A stretch of 64,000 nt of DNA from Tubiluchus corallicola (lineage: Eukaryota; Animalia; Priapulida): NCBI GenBank assembly GCA_030141605.1, contig JAQGDQ010002379.1, positions 248,001 to 312,000 on the forward strand, given 5' to 3'. Of the stretch, positions 13,801-26,227 are shown piece by piece. The notes beneath the pieces are model-generated. The model had not been told where the DNA came from. It saw only the letters and a program-made list of their open reading frames with translations, and searched no databases. The translations under genes were made by a program, and so were the position numbers. Positions within the stretch are counted from its first letter, which is position 1. Every line of letters starts with the position of its first letter.

Positions 13801-16800
13801 GTAACCATTTCAGACATTCTCTGCAGTGGATCAGTTACAGAACGAGCAGGCCTGGCACTTTTACGCTCTGAAATAAATGTAAGAATTGCAATCACCAATG
13901 CAATGCAATGCAGCAAACGTTAAATGATGCTCCAAGTCATAGGAAAAATCAAGCTGCACTAAGCATCTTGAACTCCCAGTAAGGTTCTTTTACCTTCTTA
14001 GATAAGCTACGTTTTGTCTAGGAATCGAGTGAATTCTACGAAAAACTGGAAAGCTAAATACAGAAATTTACAGTTTACAATGGCCCAGTCCATGAATGAA
14101 CTTCGACAAATGTAAAGCTTTTGCTTGCATTTAGTCAAAGTACTTCCTTAAGACTGACTAAGTCAACCACACAAGCAATCTCATCAGCCAAGACAGCTTT
14201 CTAGATGGATAAGCTACGCTCACTATTGAAAACAAAGTTCTTATTTGATGAAACATAATGATGTGAAATTTCCCCTTACTTGTCTAGTATTCGTGTTTCA
14301 AAAATTAGAGGTGGCAACATCCTTCAAATTAATTGACAAGCTTACGTGATACGCGGTCCTCCCGAGGCATTATCGCAGCGGGCTTGACGGGCGTGTCCCG
14401 AGACTCTCTAGTTGCAGTTCCTCCGGTAAGAACGTCTGGTTTGCCAGTTGATAAATCTATTCCCAAGCGTGCCACAATGTCGTCTGTTCCTGATCGCTTC
14501 TTAGCAACCATCTTGCCTATAATTACGTAAACACTGTACATGTATTATGGTGCAACTGTGATAGCTTAACAAAATCTACGCAAGCATGTAACATTTCAAA
14601 ATGGCCAACCAAACCTATAAGACGAATCAATGACTTGAATTAAAATACTACATTACGGAGAGAAATAAGGCAATTCAAAGAATCAACTAAAGGGTGGGTT
14701 GTGCTAACGCATTATCTATTTTACAGTTGACTTAAACCTGCCACTCTGTACGACAGAGTGGATGCTCGTACAAACACATTATCTGACTTCTGCTCTCATC
14801 AAGGATTTGGATGGTTTCTAGATGAAGCTTACTCATGGAATGACCAGAATAGCAAAAACAGTTGCAGGTATAGTCTGGTTCTGAGGGTGCCCTCATCACT
14901 GAGTTCACGTCGGTGTAACTTAAGCCAGCCACAAAAAAATTGTTTCTGTCTTACCTCATCAACTCAAAAGATGGCAGCAGGAAGGGAAGAAAATTTTTTT
15001 TTAAAGCTTTGTGAATGTGAATCGTGGAATATCAATTTCATTTGAAATTGAAGTTTGTTTACTTTCCACTGGTTAGTAGTAATGCTTTAAATTTTTTCAA
15101 TGCACATTTATCACGCTTTGATTTTTAGCTTTTTGTTTCACATTACTAAACTGTCGTACAGTATCAATTATCATGTAGTCTCTTTTTTGTATAGTACAAA
15201 TATATGATCTGATAATCACGCCTAAGCGGCAGTACTACTCGGGCGTTAATAGCCATTAATATGCTGATTAGGCAGAAAAAATTATACGTTCTAGCCTCCA
15301 ATACAGTAATCAGCATCATACAAAATGGCAACCCTGGAGAGTTTGGCAACCCAAAAAACATGGATGCATCCTCGCTGAAATAATAATTATTGCATTTTAC
15401 ATTTGAAATTAAAAAGAATGAGTCGGTGAGACTTAATAGGGAAAAGCTGGGAAGAAGAAGATTTGAAATTTAAAAAAATACTATTTTACATGAGTGTGTC
15501 AGTATATGAACATACAAAAACAATTATAAAATTACCCGGGTGATTAGATGGAAACAGAAGTATTTTTACTGTCGGCCTTAGGCATGAGAATCATAATTAT
15601 TAATCCCCTCCTACATGCTTTGCCCACCCTATTGTCACAAAGTTTGTTAGGCCAACATTAACATGTTGTTTTTTAGTTTTTTTATCTGCACCTGCGAGCG
15701 TTCAATGTAATAGTAGTATACTAGTACTTATAACTGTAGAACAGTAGCAGTGGGAAAGGCAGCAGCAACAATTACTGAGTTCATTGCCTTTTAAATGTCT
15801 ACTTAAAACAATGTGGGAATCAAGAAATGGCTTCACTCTACCAATCTATAATTTATAAACTAATAGAAATGGCTTCACTCTACCAATCTATAATTTATAA
15901 ACTAATAGACTATTTACTCAGCAAAATGAAATATTTGTTATGGCTTTCATAACCTTACTTTGAATAAAATGGATGTATCCATATAATCTGCTTAAAATGT
16001 ATATGAAGTATGACTATCACACATTTTAATTAAACTGTAATTATGTTAACCAACCTAAAGGTTTGTCTTTATCAGCAGCAATCCTAGCTTGGCATTCTGC
16101 TTTAATCGCTGCTGCATTGATTGGTTCAAAAGGTTTTCGCCCGGCGTGTCGAACTCGCAACATGTCACCACACACTCTCCGAGCAAGACGAGTCAGAGGT
16201 GTAGTGTGCAGGCAGAATGCTGCCCGAGTCTTTACAATGGGACGAGGACTCCCGGAGCGCATCGCGAAGCCATGCATAGCTGCACAGTGACGAACCAGCT
16301 GCGTGCGCATCTTAAACTCCTTTCCACAACCTGCAAATGAACAAATTTGAACGTGCAATCATAAACCAGGACTATGAAACAGCCAAAAGACTAAACATGA
16401 AAATGATTTCTTTGTTGATTCAAGAAGCCAGAAAATCAATAATGTTTTGATGCAAAATAAAAATGTTTCTTTCACAAAAAGTGCGAATGAGAAAAAAAAT
16501 GAGAAAAACTGTGTTCTTTGTATTTATTTCCAGTCCTTTAAAACACTAGTTTTCATGAACTTTTTCAAGTATTTCCTAGCAAAAATTTGCTCACATATGC
16601 AAAAATACCTCCATAACTGTAGTTCATTCAGCCTATCAGCACATGTGAAAATAAAGAGAAAACCATTAATAATTATGCTGGAAATTTTGATAGAAGTGAG
16701 AGTTCAGTGGACAGGGTTCCTACAGAATTTTAAAATAAATTTCCATGACCTCCGAAACTTTTACCTGACCAAATATAGATTTTCCATGACGAAGATAAGC

Positions 16801-19800
16801 AGAAACTGTATTACCAGTAAACGTAATTAAACATTTTTATGTGTGGACATTCATACATATACTGATATATAATGTGTCTGCACAATTGCAGTAGTGCTAA
16901 CGAAATGACACTAATTACATTAAATAAACTTTCTTAATCCAATCATTATTTTTGGCACAGAAATTGAAACTGGGAGCCTGCCATAGCAAAATTTTATTTG
17001 AATACGAATCGCTGAAAAATATGTTTGAAAAAATATCGGTCCATGGTGATTATTTTTGCAACGATTTCCAATTTCCCGGACTTTTCACCCCATTTTCATC
17101 ATTTTCCCTGACTTTTCCATGACTTTCCAGGATAGCCTGCATTTTTAAGGATTTTCCCTGACCGTGGGAACCTGAGTGGAGCATGCATGTGACGGAAAAG
17201 GAGAGTAAATATTTCTACTGACATTCATAAGTTCTTATCAAGGTTGTAGAGTTGTGTTTAATTTGACAAGATATATTCAATGTGAATTTTCTTTTATATT
17301 TAAAATAAATCGAGTCCAAAAAATGTTGCATGATTTTAATAAGTAAAACTGAACTGTTACTGTCACCTTGAATAATTTTCAACTCACCAAGAACACTGCA
17401 TTTATATGTCTGCATCTGCATCTGAGCAGCCTGATTTTCTGCCTGCTCTAATCGGGTTGGCATTTTCAGGCCTCCGTACTTCTTCCAGTATGTCCAGCAG
17501 TTGGCACAAACACGACAGTGCAGGTGCGATGCACCCCAAGCATACCTGGGAAAAAAAACGTAAATAAAAATAGTGAAGTTCAACACAATAATTGCAGAAG
17601 AATTTAAAGTCAACAAACTGATCATTAGTGCCTTGGAATATTTTATACAATTTGCCACTCAGTACGCCAAGTTCAAGCCACTAGTAACAAGGATTATGTA
17701 TTTTGACATGCATTTTTGAGGATAGAAGCTTCTCACAGTATCCTTTAAGATGAGAAATTGAACTGCTCATTTTTATTTATTTATTTTTAGTTATTACGAA
17801 AACACCAAACAACAATACAATATAGCAAAACACATTACGATGACAAGGTGTACATAAGATTATATAATTACATTAATTTCATAATAAAATTGGCATGACA
17901 TGATATCATTAATGATGCAGGTGTTAGGGTGCAAAAAGGGAAGGTAAAAAATGATGGACTGATAGTGTAGGAGATGGGAATTAGTACGATTAGGTTAGTG
18001 AAATGATGTGGATTAGTTGAATATGAGATTGCTATTAAGACATTGCAAAAATATATATATATATTTATGAACAGAAGTACACTATCGGCCAGTCTGTCAC
18101 TCACTGTAAATCTGAACATACGCGTGAACATACTATACAAGGTCAACCTTTAATTCGCATTAAAGAATAAAGTTTTCAAACTTTTTTTGAATCTTGGTAA
18201 CGACGAAGTTGAATTAGTACTTGCAGGTATTTTGTTCCGCATGGTTATTGTCTCTTTACCACATTTGGAAGCACTTATCTCAAGAAATCTCTGACAGATA
18301 AACCCAATTGCCAAAACAGCTTACCACTGATGTGAAACACTGGTAAAGCAGCTTTCACACGCACGAGAATCGACACCCTCAAATCCATTTCTTTGGCCCT
18401 GAATTGCTGCAGGGTTAGGTTTGTTGTAGTTTGGAATGTACACTTGTTTCAACTTGCTTTCTGCCTCAACGGCTTTTACACGTTTCTGCTGTACATAACG
18501 GTCTGTTGTTTTCCACATGTAGTAGTATCTGAAATAAAAAAATGGATCACATAGAGTATAAAAAAACATAAAATTTTGAATGATCACCCAACGAAAAGAT
18601 CGACGCTGGTCTCCACCAACTATGGCTTCGAACAATAACCTTTATTGAAAAATACTAAGCTAGAAAATTAATGCAGTGTTTGTGTTCTTTTTAAACAACT
18701 TTCACTCTTATAATTTCCAAACACACTTTTTTATCAAAAAACCATTTTACCATATTTCCAAGAAACACTTAAGCTCTTAAAAGGTTTTTCAGACCTAATA
18801 TTATATTACTACTCCTTGCAAAATAAAATTATGGATGTAAAATTGCAATCTAGCACCTGGATGTAAGGTATACCACTAATGTCACACAACTACATAAGGT
18901 AAAAGCAAAAAAACTAACCAGTTCTTCATAATTTTAATGGCTACTCAAGCATCTGTTTATCTTAAGCAACAATTCAATGAACAAACACTTCACAATTAAA
19001 TAGTACAGCAGGAAATAAAGTTAAGATTATATACTAAAGAGTGATTGCTCTGAGTTCTAACAATTTCTCATCATTGTTTCATCTGCCATATTGGTGAACT
19101 GTTGACAAGTTGGCTTCTGGTAGTGAAATGTCGCAAATCTTAAATCTATAAACCAAATTTTCAACATTACTGTACATGCGCATACTCTATAATGTTCTTT
19201 AAAGATTTCCATGGTAAGAAGTCTTGTCTAATGTCACCAAAATCTTTTCCGTATTTCTCAATGGCTTCTTCAAAAAGATTTGCTTCGGCAGCCGACCACT
19301 CCTCCATTTCATCGCGACACAAGACTGGGCCACTTGGTGGCACAAGTGTTGAAATTGCCTTTGAGAGATCGTAACCTATAAAAAATACACTCTAGCAAGA
19401 CGTTGTTAACCGCAAAAAAAATTAAAAGTACATTATTGTATTAATGTACACAAAAGTGCATTAATTATAATAACTGCAAACAGGTTAACTAAACTGTGTA
19501 AATAAAATTTAGCTATATTTTTCTATCTAATAAAAAATACCACTCTATAAATTACAGAAAAGTAACAACATGAGACAGGCTTTCCAACGTTCACTACGTT
19601 TCAAACTTCAATTATAGAAACCTTGATAAAATCCTCAAAAATCATACTCACTGCTAACACATACTGTGTTTTAAATATAGTAATTTTTAAATAAAAACTG
19701 TCATTTCAAAGGCACCTTTACACTAACAACCAATAAATTGGTTGGTTACTATTAATTTAAGCAAGCTTAGACAAATTTTTTTAAGTTATATCGGATACAG

Positions 19801-22800
19801 TATATAGTTGCAGCTAGTACTTTGGCCAGAAATCTAAGCTCTCTAAAGCTAATACAGTAGGTGTCACTTAATAGACTCACTTTGGGACCGAAGTGTTTTT
19901 GTCCAATTAACCGACTGAACCTATTAACCGATGGGTACAGTATTACTGGTATAGAAGTATGAGTCAACAGCTTACTATGCACTGCAAATGTTTTAATGAA
20001 TTTTAATGGATCTGCTGTTGTATGATCACGCATAAATTTTCGAAAGAAATACTTAGTGTTTGGCGTGCTTAAACTGTTAGTGGTGCCCGTGTTTCCCCGC
20101 AAGTAGCTTCGTCGGTAGGTTCGCCTAAGCTCCTGCTTGCTATAATTGTGACATACTTACTGTACTGTGTAACTACGGCCAAATCACGTTGAAAACACCG
20201 GTTCTCATCTGATCACCGAAGTTAAGCAACATAGAGCCTGGTTAGTGCGCCTAGGAATACCAGGTGCTGTAGGCTTGCGGGATGCCCACACTGTATCTCG
20301 ACACTAGGCAAGGAGCTGCACAAGCAGCCAAAGACTAGAGGGCGGAGGAGGTCAAGTGACTCAATGGCCATGTGTAGAGGAGTAAACCTTCCAAATCAGG
20401 AGTGGAGCCCCGAAGGCGGACCAGTGTGCAGTGTGCTCACTGACTCCGGCAGCTCCTGCAGCCAACTTGGTGCCAAACGTATCGCCCCGCTTTCCTTTGG
20501 ACTACACCAGGGATGCCAGCAACTGTACTGTACCTGCATCCAGCAACATCTAACTGATAAGACATTCTGGCAAAAATAGTCAGAGCTTCAAAAACAAATC
20601 GCTAAGCAAGTGACTAAATGTTTAGCTTTCAAGAATTCTTGGGTAACCAGGTTAATTGCAGTGGCCAGGCGGGTCAAAGCAAACCATTAGGCTAGCATAT
20701 TAGCATATGATAAACGTTCCTGCTTATAAACAAAACGGTACTTAACATGATTGTTTCTTATGTATATTATAGGACAAAAGCGAACTAAGATGATATAAAA
20801 GTCATAAAAGCTTATTAATCATGGGAAAGTGTCTTATTGAATCATGTGAAGCAAAAATATTGATTCAATTATGCAGAGTTATTTAAGTCAATTACCGACA
20901 GTATTTATGTACATTTCAATAGAAGTGGCCCGTACCAGGCGTTTTTGAGTCAATTAATTGATTGAGTCTATTAACCGTGAGTCAATTAAGTGCACCTACT
21001 GTATCAATTTAATAACCCGCGCCTACAAAGTTATTAAAACAGAAAAGAAATATTAGCAAACTAATCAACTAAGGTGTTTACCGGACAAGTGCAATACATT
21101 CATTGCATGGAATAAAGTTACATCTCTAGAAGCAGCAGCCGCGCTCATGTGCAGACTCGGCTGTTTGACCGTACTAGAACAATCTAAAGCACGAGCAAAT
21201 GTTCCCACTGACCGAGCAATGACCATAAACTGGTCAATTTGAATATCAGATAATGGATTCTCTGGCGTGTAAATAAGACTTTCCAGTTCAGACACAACAC
21301 GATTGTCAGATTCACCTAAAAACAGACAAACACATTAGTACAGCAAGTCTTCACTTAACGACGCTAATGCACTCCAGCAAAATGTGACATTAAGCGAAAC
21401 GTCGTTAAACGAAACCAAGACTTCCATGGAAAGTAATGTAAAAGAATTGAGATACGTTCCAGAAGCAAAAATCGATGCTGCTTAAATTGTATACATCAAA
21501 TGTTTTATGAGTTTTATTCATATTTCTACTGATTAATTGCCAGAAACCATCTATCTTTCTTACCAAAATCTAGCTAGACTGGATATGGGTCTATTGAAAC
21601 CTGTATACAGACAGTTCACATTTAAACAATGCAAAGAGAAGGCCTAGCCCTGCATGAAGCCATCTTGAGGCAATTTCAGGAAGTATTAATCTGGTTGTTA
21701 TAGCAACAAGTTGCACACAAAATTCCTTGGCATCAAGTTTAAACTCAGGTGTCTGGAGACTGGATCGGCAAATAGATCTTCATACAAGCGGCTAGAATTT
21801 AGTACGCAGATAGTTGGGAACCAAAAGCATTATAATAATTACACTGTTTGGGTTACTAATGTGCTTTTAGAACAAAATTATGCAATTTGCATGGCTTTTA
21901 TACTCCAAATTAGGCAAAAAAAAGTTGTTGATAAAAAATGGTTGTCAGCAACTTAAAAAATCGTCTTTAAAACGAAACGTGTGTCGTTAAGTGAGAAAAT
22001 GGTGTCAAATGTTCAGCGGTGTTAAAACGAAACGTTGTTAAACGGGGAGTCGTTAAGCAAGGACTTGCTGTAAATGAGAACTGAAAAGATATGGCTTCAG
22101 AATAACAAGAAAGCTCTGAGGGCATTGTGTTCCGTGCAGATTGATTTGTGACATTTTGTTGCTATTTTCTCCCTTTCAAGTGCAAAAAGGAAAAGCTGAC
22201 TAAATCACTGCACACGAAGCCATATCATAGTGCGATATCACGAACATTTCAGTGTTTTCTGAACTTAATCATGCGCTGAGTTGTCTGTATTTTTCAGATT
22301 AATGCAAATATATGTCATGTAAGCGAAGATCTTGGATAATCTATGACTTCATGCACCATTTTAATTCCTTTCTTTTTGCATTCAGTTGTCTCTGAAGTTT
22401 ATACACTTGTCAAAGGCTCACTAAAACAATCTAGTAGAAAAAGCCTTCTGACTGCTTTTTTGCACTTTTTTTCTGAACTTTTTTAGTAAAAAACAGATCT
22501 GGCAATTGATAAGCGCACAAAAGCAGATGAGTCAAAATATTTTAGAGTGAAGACAATGTTGCGAGGTGCAACAAACATAAAACATATTGCAATAAAACAT
22601 CTCAGAAATGTGTTCAATACCGATATTACGATTCTTGTTTTTAGGCTGGTAAATTATAAGAAATATTTACATCAATTGCAAAACACACATTGCTTGAATG
22701 TAACAACTGAAAAGCTTATTCTCACAAAAAGTAATTTATGTAACATTAAATTACCTTCTCCAAGAAGGTTTTGTATCTCAGCTTGGAAGTTGCTCCCAAC

Positions 22801-25418
22801 ACGTATTTCTCCTTTATCAGCTAGCAAAGTTTTCTGCGTCGGATCATAGACTAATGAGTAGAAGAAAGCATCATCTCTGTCTAAGTAGCTGTTCAACGAT
22901 TCAGTCTCATTTAGTAAGGCAACCGAGCATTTACCTCTGATATGTGTGGCAGGGAGTGTTTCAACCTAAATACAAAATAAATTGTGATAAGCACAGTTTA
23001 GATTGTTGTAACTTGAGCTTGTTAACGAAGTTATATTGAAGTTCATTTCTGAACAAATTCTGAAAGTAAGCAATTAATCAAGTTAAGCATTTTATCATTA
23101 CTAGGGTTCAATCAAAAAATGCTTCTTAATAGTGTTTCCATGGGTACAATGCACCCAAGTAATTCATCACATTGTTTACTACCAGTGCCTGATAGTTCTA
23201 CCCAATTCACACAATGAAAATGCAAACGTTATTGTTAAGACGATATTGATCATTTAAGAATTTAAAATATAAAGGCCACCTTCTGCTGCACACTTCTGCA
23301 GTAACAGACAATTAACTGCTGCCTTGGCAGTGCCCAAGGCTAACAGCCAGATGACAGATGACGCCACTTTTGACATAGAGGTGACTTACAAAAAACAATT
23401 CATTACGATGAGGCTAACTATCCAAATAAAACTATTTATTAAAGGAAAAGCTGATGATTGTTTAGACTCAATCTCATTTTAATTTACTGTCCAAAATATA
23501 AATTTTCTTGCCAATGAAAGTTAGCAATTGTCTCTTATATTTGAATAATAAGCTTAGAAAGTTAATTAATGGCAACCAAACACAACTATTGCTTACGTCA
23601 GAAACTAATCACAGTTTGGGCAATGGCAGGTATCTTCCCTTGCGTGTCAAGCACATTTACAGTGTTATAGTACTGCGATGTCACGAAAATGGGCTCTATG
23701 TCATATGACGTCAGAAACTAACACTGCAGTTCATGATCATGGTTGTCACGGTAACGCCTTCTATTTGGCGGTCACATGCATGTGACAAAAAGGCGCTGTT
23801 GCCAATCTTAGTAGATTCACTGAGCCGTGCATAGCTTTGAAAGTTTAACAAAATTTGAGTATCCAAGGCAATTATTATTTAATCTCAGCTTTGATTTAAG
23901 AAAAGCTATTATAGTTTTCAATATTTTAGAGCACACTTTATTCTGAACTAATGTTTACCCAATCGTCCGGTTTTCCTTTAACAATTAAAAACCTATTTCA
24001 CATCACTAACAATGATATGAATACTCGGATTTTTTAGTTTAACAACACACAAAAAGGATAATATTGATTATTTCATTCCCCTAGCCTCTACAAGTATTAA
24101 TAGACCTCAGCACAGTACCTAGGCTGACATATCTGACTCACTGATAAAAGCGTGTAATTAAGTAGTTCAGGAGTCTGACAGAATAAAACAGCCAAATATG
24201 GCATGAAGCAAAACATTAACTTTCGTGAGTTTCAGCTCACGAGTTGTCCCTCAGCATGCAATAAATGAATGCTTGTTGTTAATGTAACAGTGCAGTTAGT
24301 TGACATATACCAACGTTGCTTTTATTTTAATAATATAAATGACTTTAATTTCTTCACTGCTGTTGTATCTTAACAATTGTGCACCCAGGTACCCGACAAT
24401 AATAATAATAATAATAATAATAATAGTAATTTTATCTTCCTCCATAAATATACAATGATTTGACAATAAAATACACAAAAATACAAACGAACATAGGAAA
24501 AAGGGTGGCGAAAAACCAAAGGTTATCGAGTCAACCACCCTTCTCAAAGGACAGTAAACAAAAGGATGCTAATGACACTAGACACAACTATATTAAAAAA
24601 TACATAAACGTGCAGAAATACAAAAACAAAAATACAACAGCAAAAAAAATCAAAAACCAAAAACCATGACAAATTTGCAAACTACTAAGCAACTCATAGA
24701 AAGTGAGTTTGCACCTTATAAAAAATGTTTTTTATAAGGTGTAAGGAAAATGGTATCGGTGTTAGATTTCTTCTGCACTTGTAAACACTACTTCCTAATA
24801 TTACATTTTGATACTAAGACCTTACACAAAGTTAATTCCTGAGAAATTATGAACAGATTCAGTAAAACTAAGTGGTTGGAACAAACCTGTAAACATGAAA
24901 ACTGTGAAAGCATTAAAAATAGATAAAACTGTTTTGATAAAAATGCTAATCTACTACTATAACACATCTTAACTGCATAAATAATAAATACACAGCTAAA
25001 TAATAAAAAAATTGACAATTGCTTACCTGTCGGGAAAGAAAAAGTTCGCGATGCCGCAACTGATGGCTCTGTTTTTCAGACAGTTTATCATCATGCTCTT
25101 CTTCAAGAGCACTCTGATGTTTATCTGCCAGCATAAGCAGGCCTCCGGATATGTCCCGACGTCGATAAAAGCACATAACTTTAGCTTCAACATTTCCTGC
25201 AAAAACAGGTTGAGTAGCCAGTATAGCAACAATAACTTGGGCATATTTTCTACGTGCTTATCAGTGTGCAAGGATACATGCAGGAAATATTTTAAAAAAG
25301 TGTTCTACTTGCCCGTTTGTGTTTTATTAAGTTCTTCTATTCTGCGAATGAGGAATGGCGATGTTGAGGACGTCTCGAAGAAAACGTAATCGCCGACTCG
25401 ATACATGTTTGCTGCCAT
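10826..25418 (-). CDS. MTA1: Metastasis-associated protein (MTA1/2/3 co-ortholog), NuRD complex subunit; 12 coding exons, 737 aa
   Basis: Exons (minus): 25418-25313, 25196-25027, 22965-22755, 21315-21082, 19375-19186, 18528-18325, 17545-17388, 16330-16055, 14516-14346, 13867-13724, 11313-11085, 10946-10826. All phases are consistent; total 2214 nt. Starts [24 protein letters not shown] (BAH); ELM2 ([26 protein letters not shown]); SANT ([22 protein letters not shown]); GATA-type finger ([17 protein letters not shown]); ends ARKPW..QVVILD*. Confidence 0.96.
15822..15909. repeat. Perfect 44-bp tandem duplication
   Basis: agaaatggcttcactctaccaatctataatttataaactaatag occurs twice. Confidence 0.9.
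16712..17173. mobile_element. hAT-like MITE in MTA intron
   Basis: Ends cagggttcc / gggaacctg, internal repeats ttttcc(a/c)tgac, near-duplicated flanks tcagtgga / tgagtgga. Confidence 0.65.
17800..18250 (-). mobile_element. Degenerate LINE (L2/CR1-like) 3' end
   Basis: Minus strand reads [14 protein letters not shown], resembling the C-terminal end of L2/CR1 ORF2, followed by an AT-rich tail. Confidence 0.35.
19855..21001. mobile_element. Tc1/mariner (pogo/Tigger-like) non-autonomous element
   Basis: TA|cagtaggtgtcacttaatagactcac ... gtgagtcaattaagtgcacctactg|TA; TA TSDs and subterminal tattaaccg repeats. Confidence 0.85.
20169..20521 (+). mobile_element. 5S rRNA-headed SINE-like element (5S pseudogene plus ~245-bp body)
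   Basis: 20169-20277 matches 5S rRNA (ctacggcca..cacgttgaaaacaccggttctc..gatcaccgaagttaagcaac..ggttagt..ggaataccaggtgctgtaggctt) with an internal deletion. It is flanked by the 10-bp direct repeat actgtactgt (20159-20168, 20522-20531). Confidence 0.82.
21341..22070. mobile_element. Tc1/mariner (Tigger-like) MITE
   Basis: TA|cagcaagtcttcacttaacgac ... gtcgttaagcaaggacttgctg|TA; subterminal cgaaacgt repeats. Confidence 0.85.
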
Positions 25419-26227
25419 GTTGCTTGTTGTTCACGAGCTGCAATAACATTCAACATAGGTGTAGTAGCAGCCTGAGTAATAGCCTAATATGTCGTTCGAG
25501 AAACCCAGTGAAATGATTTGCTTAACCTATAGTTGAATTTCATTTTGGGAAAGAAGACAAAGCTCAGCAAAGTAATCACTTATAATGCACTGATTTATAA
25601 AACTAAAATTTTCAAATTTTTCTTTTTCAATTTTATTTTAAAGTATTGCCTATATTATGACAGATCATAAGCTATTGCTGAACTGCACGTAATACATAGG
25701 AAAGATTTATGCAGAAGTGAAAAGCGGATACGAAGCAAACTTAAAACAGAAAATGATCAGTGAAGTGACATATAGCAGGCCAGCACGACCCATCATTGGT
25801 GCAAGTTCGATGAAAGCCAACGATGCTGAAGGACTCGTCTCCAGTAATCTCACCGTTCATAGTCAGCTTTTATGTTCATGTAAATTATTTCATTTTAATG
25901 TGCGAATAAAAAATTGAATTGAATTGTACAATAGGAGTAGCTTAACCAACGATGAATTACGGATGTGGAAAAGTTACAAGTGAGAACATTAATATTATAG
26001 ACGCAAATTAAATGAAATTAAAATGCATAACAATATGGTTACCAGCGTGTAATTAAGTGTAGCTTTTCCTCTTACAAATAAGGAAAATGCAAATAAAATC
26101 GCAGTCTCACAAAAACTTTTTGTTAACACATTTCTTTATGAAAATTCTATATTAAGAAACAAGAGAACATTCAAAAAAACTGTTCACTTATTGAAGCCGA
26201 AGCGCATTGTGGGAATTTGTTTACAAG
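25419..26227. promoter_or_regulatory. Probable bidirectional promoter MTA / SRPBCC gene, including an MTA 5'UTR intron
   Basis: 809 bp separate the divergent ATGs; a minus-strand acceptor ttattgcag lies ~20 nt upstream of the MTA ATG. Confidence 0.5.

Noticed and set aside
20169-20277. Functional 5S rRNA gene
   Set aside because: It has an internal deletion in the promoter region and no oligo-T terminator, and is a solitary copy with flanking direct repeats inside a MITE.
23742-23755. RFX X-box-like motifs (gttgtcacggtaac here; gtcgccatagcaac at ~53878)
   Set aside because: These are isolated short matches far from promoters, one inside a transposon remnant; they cannot be supported as regulatory sites.
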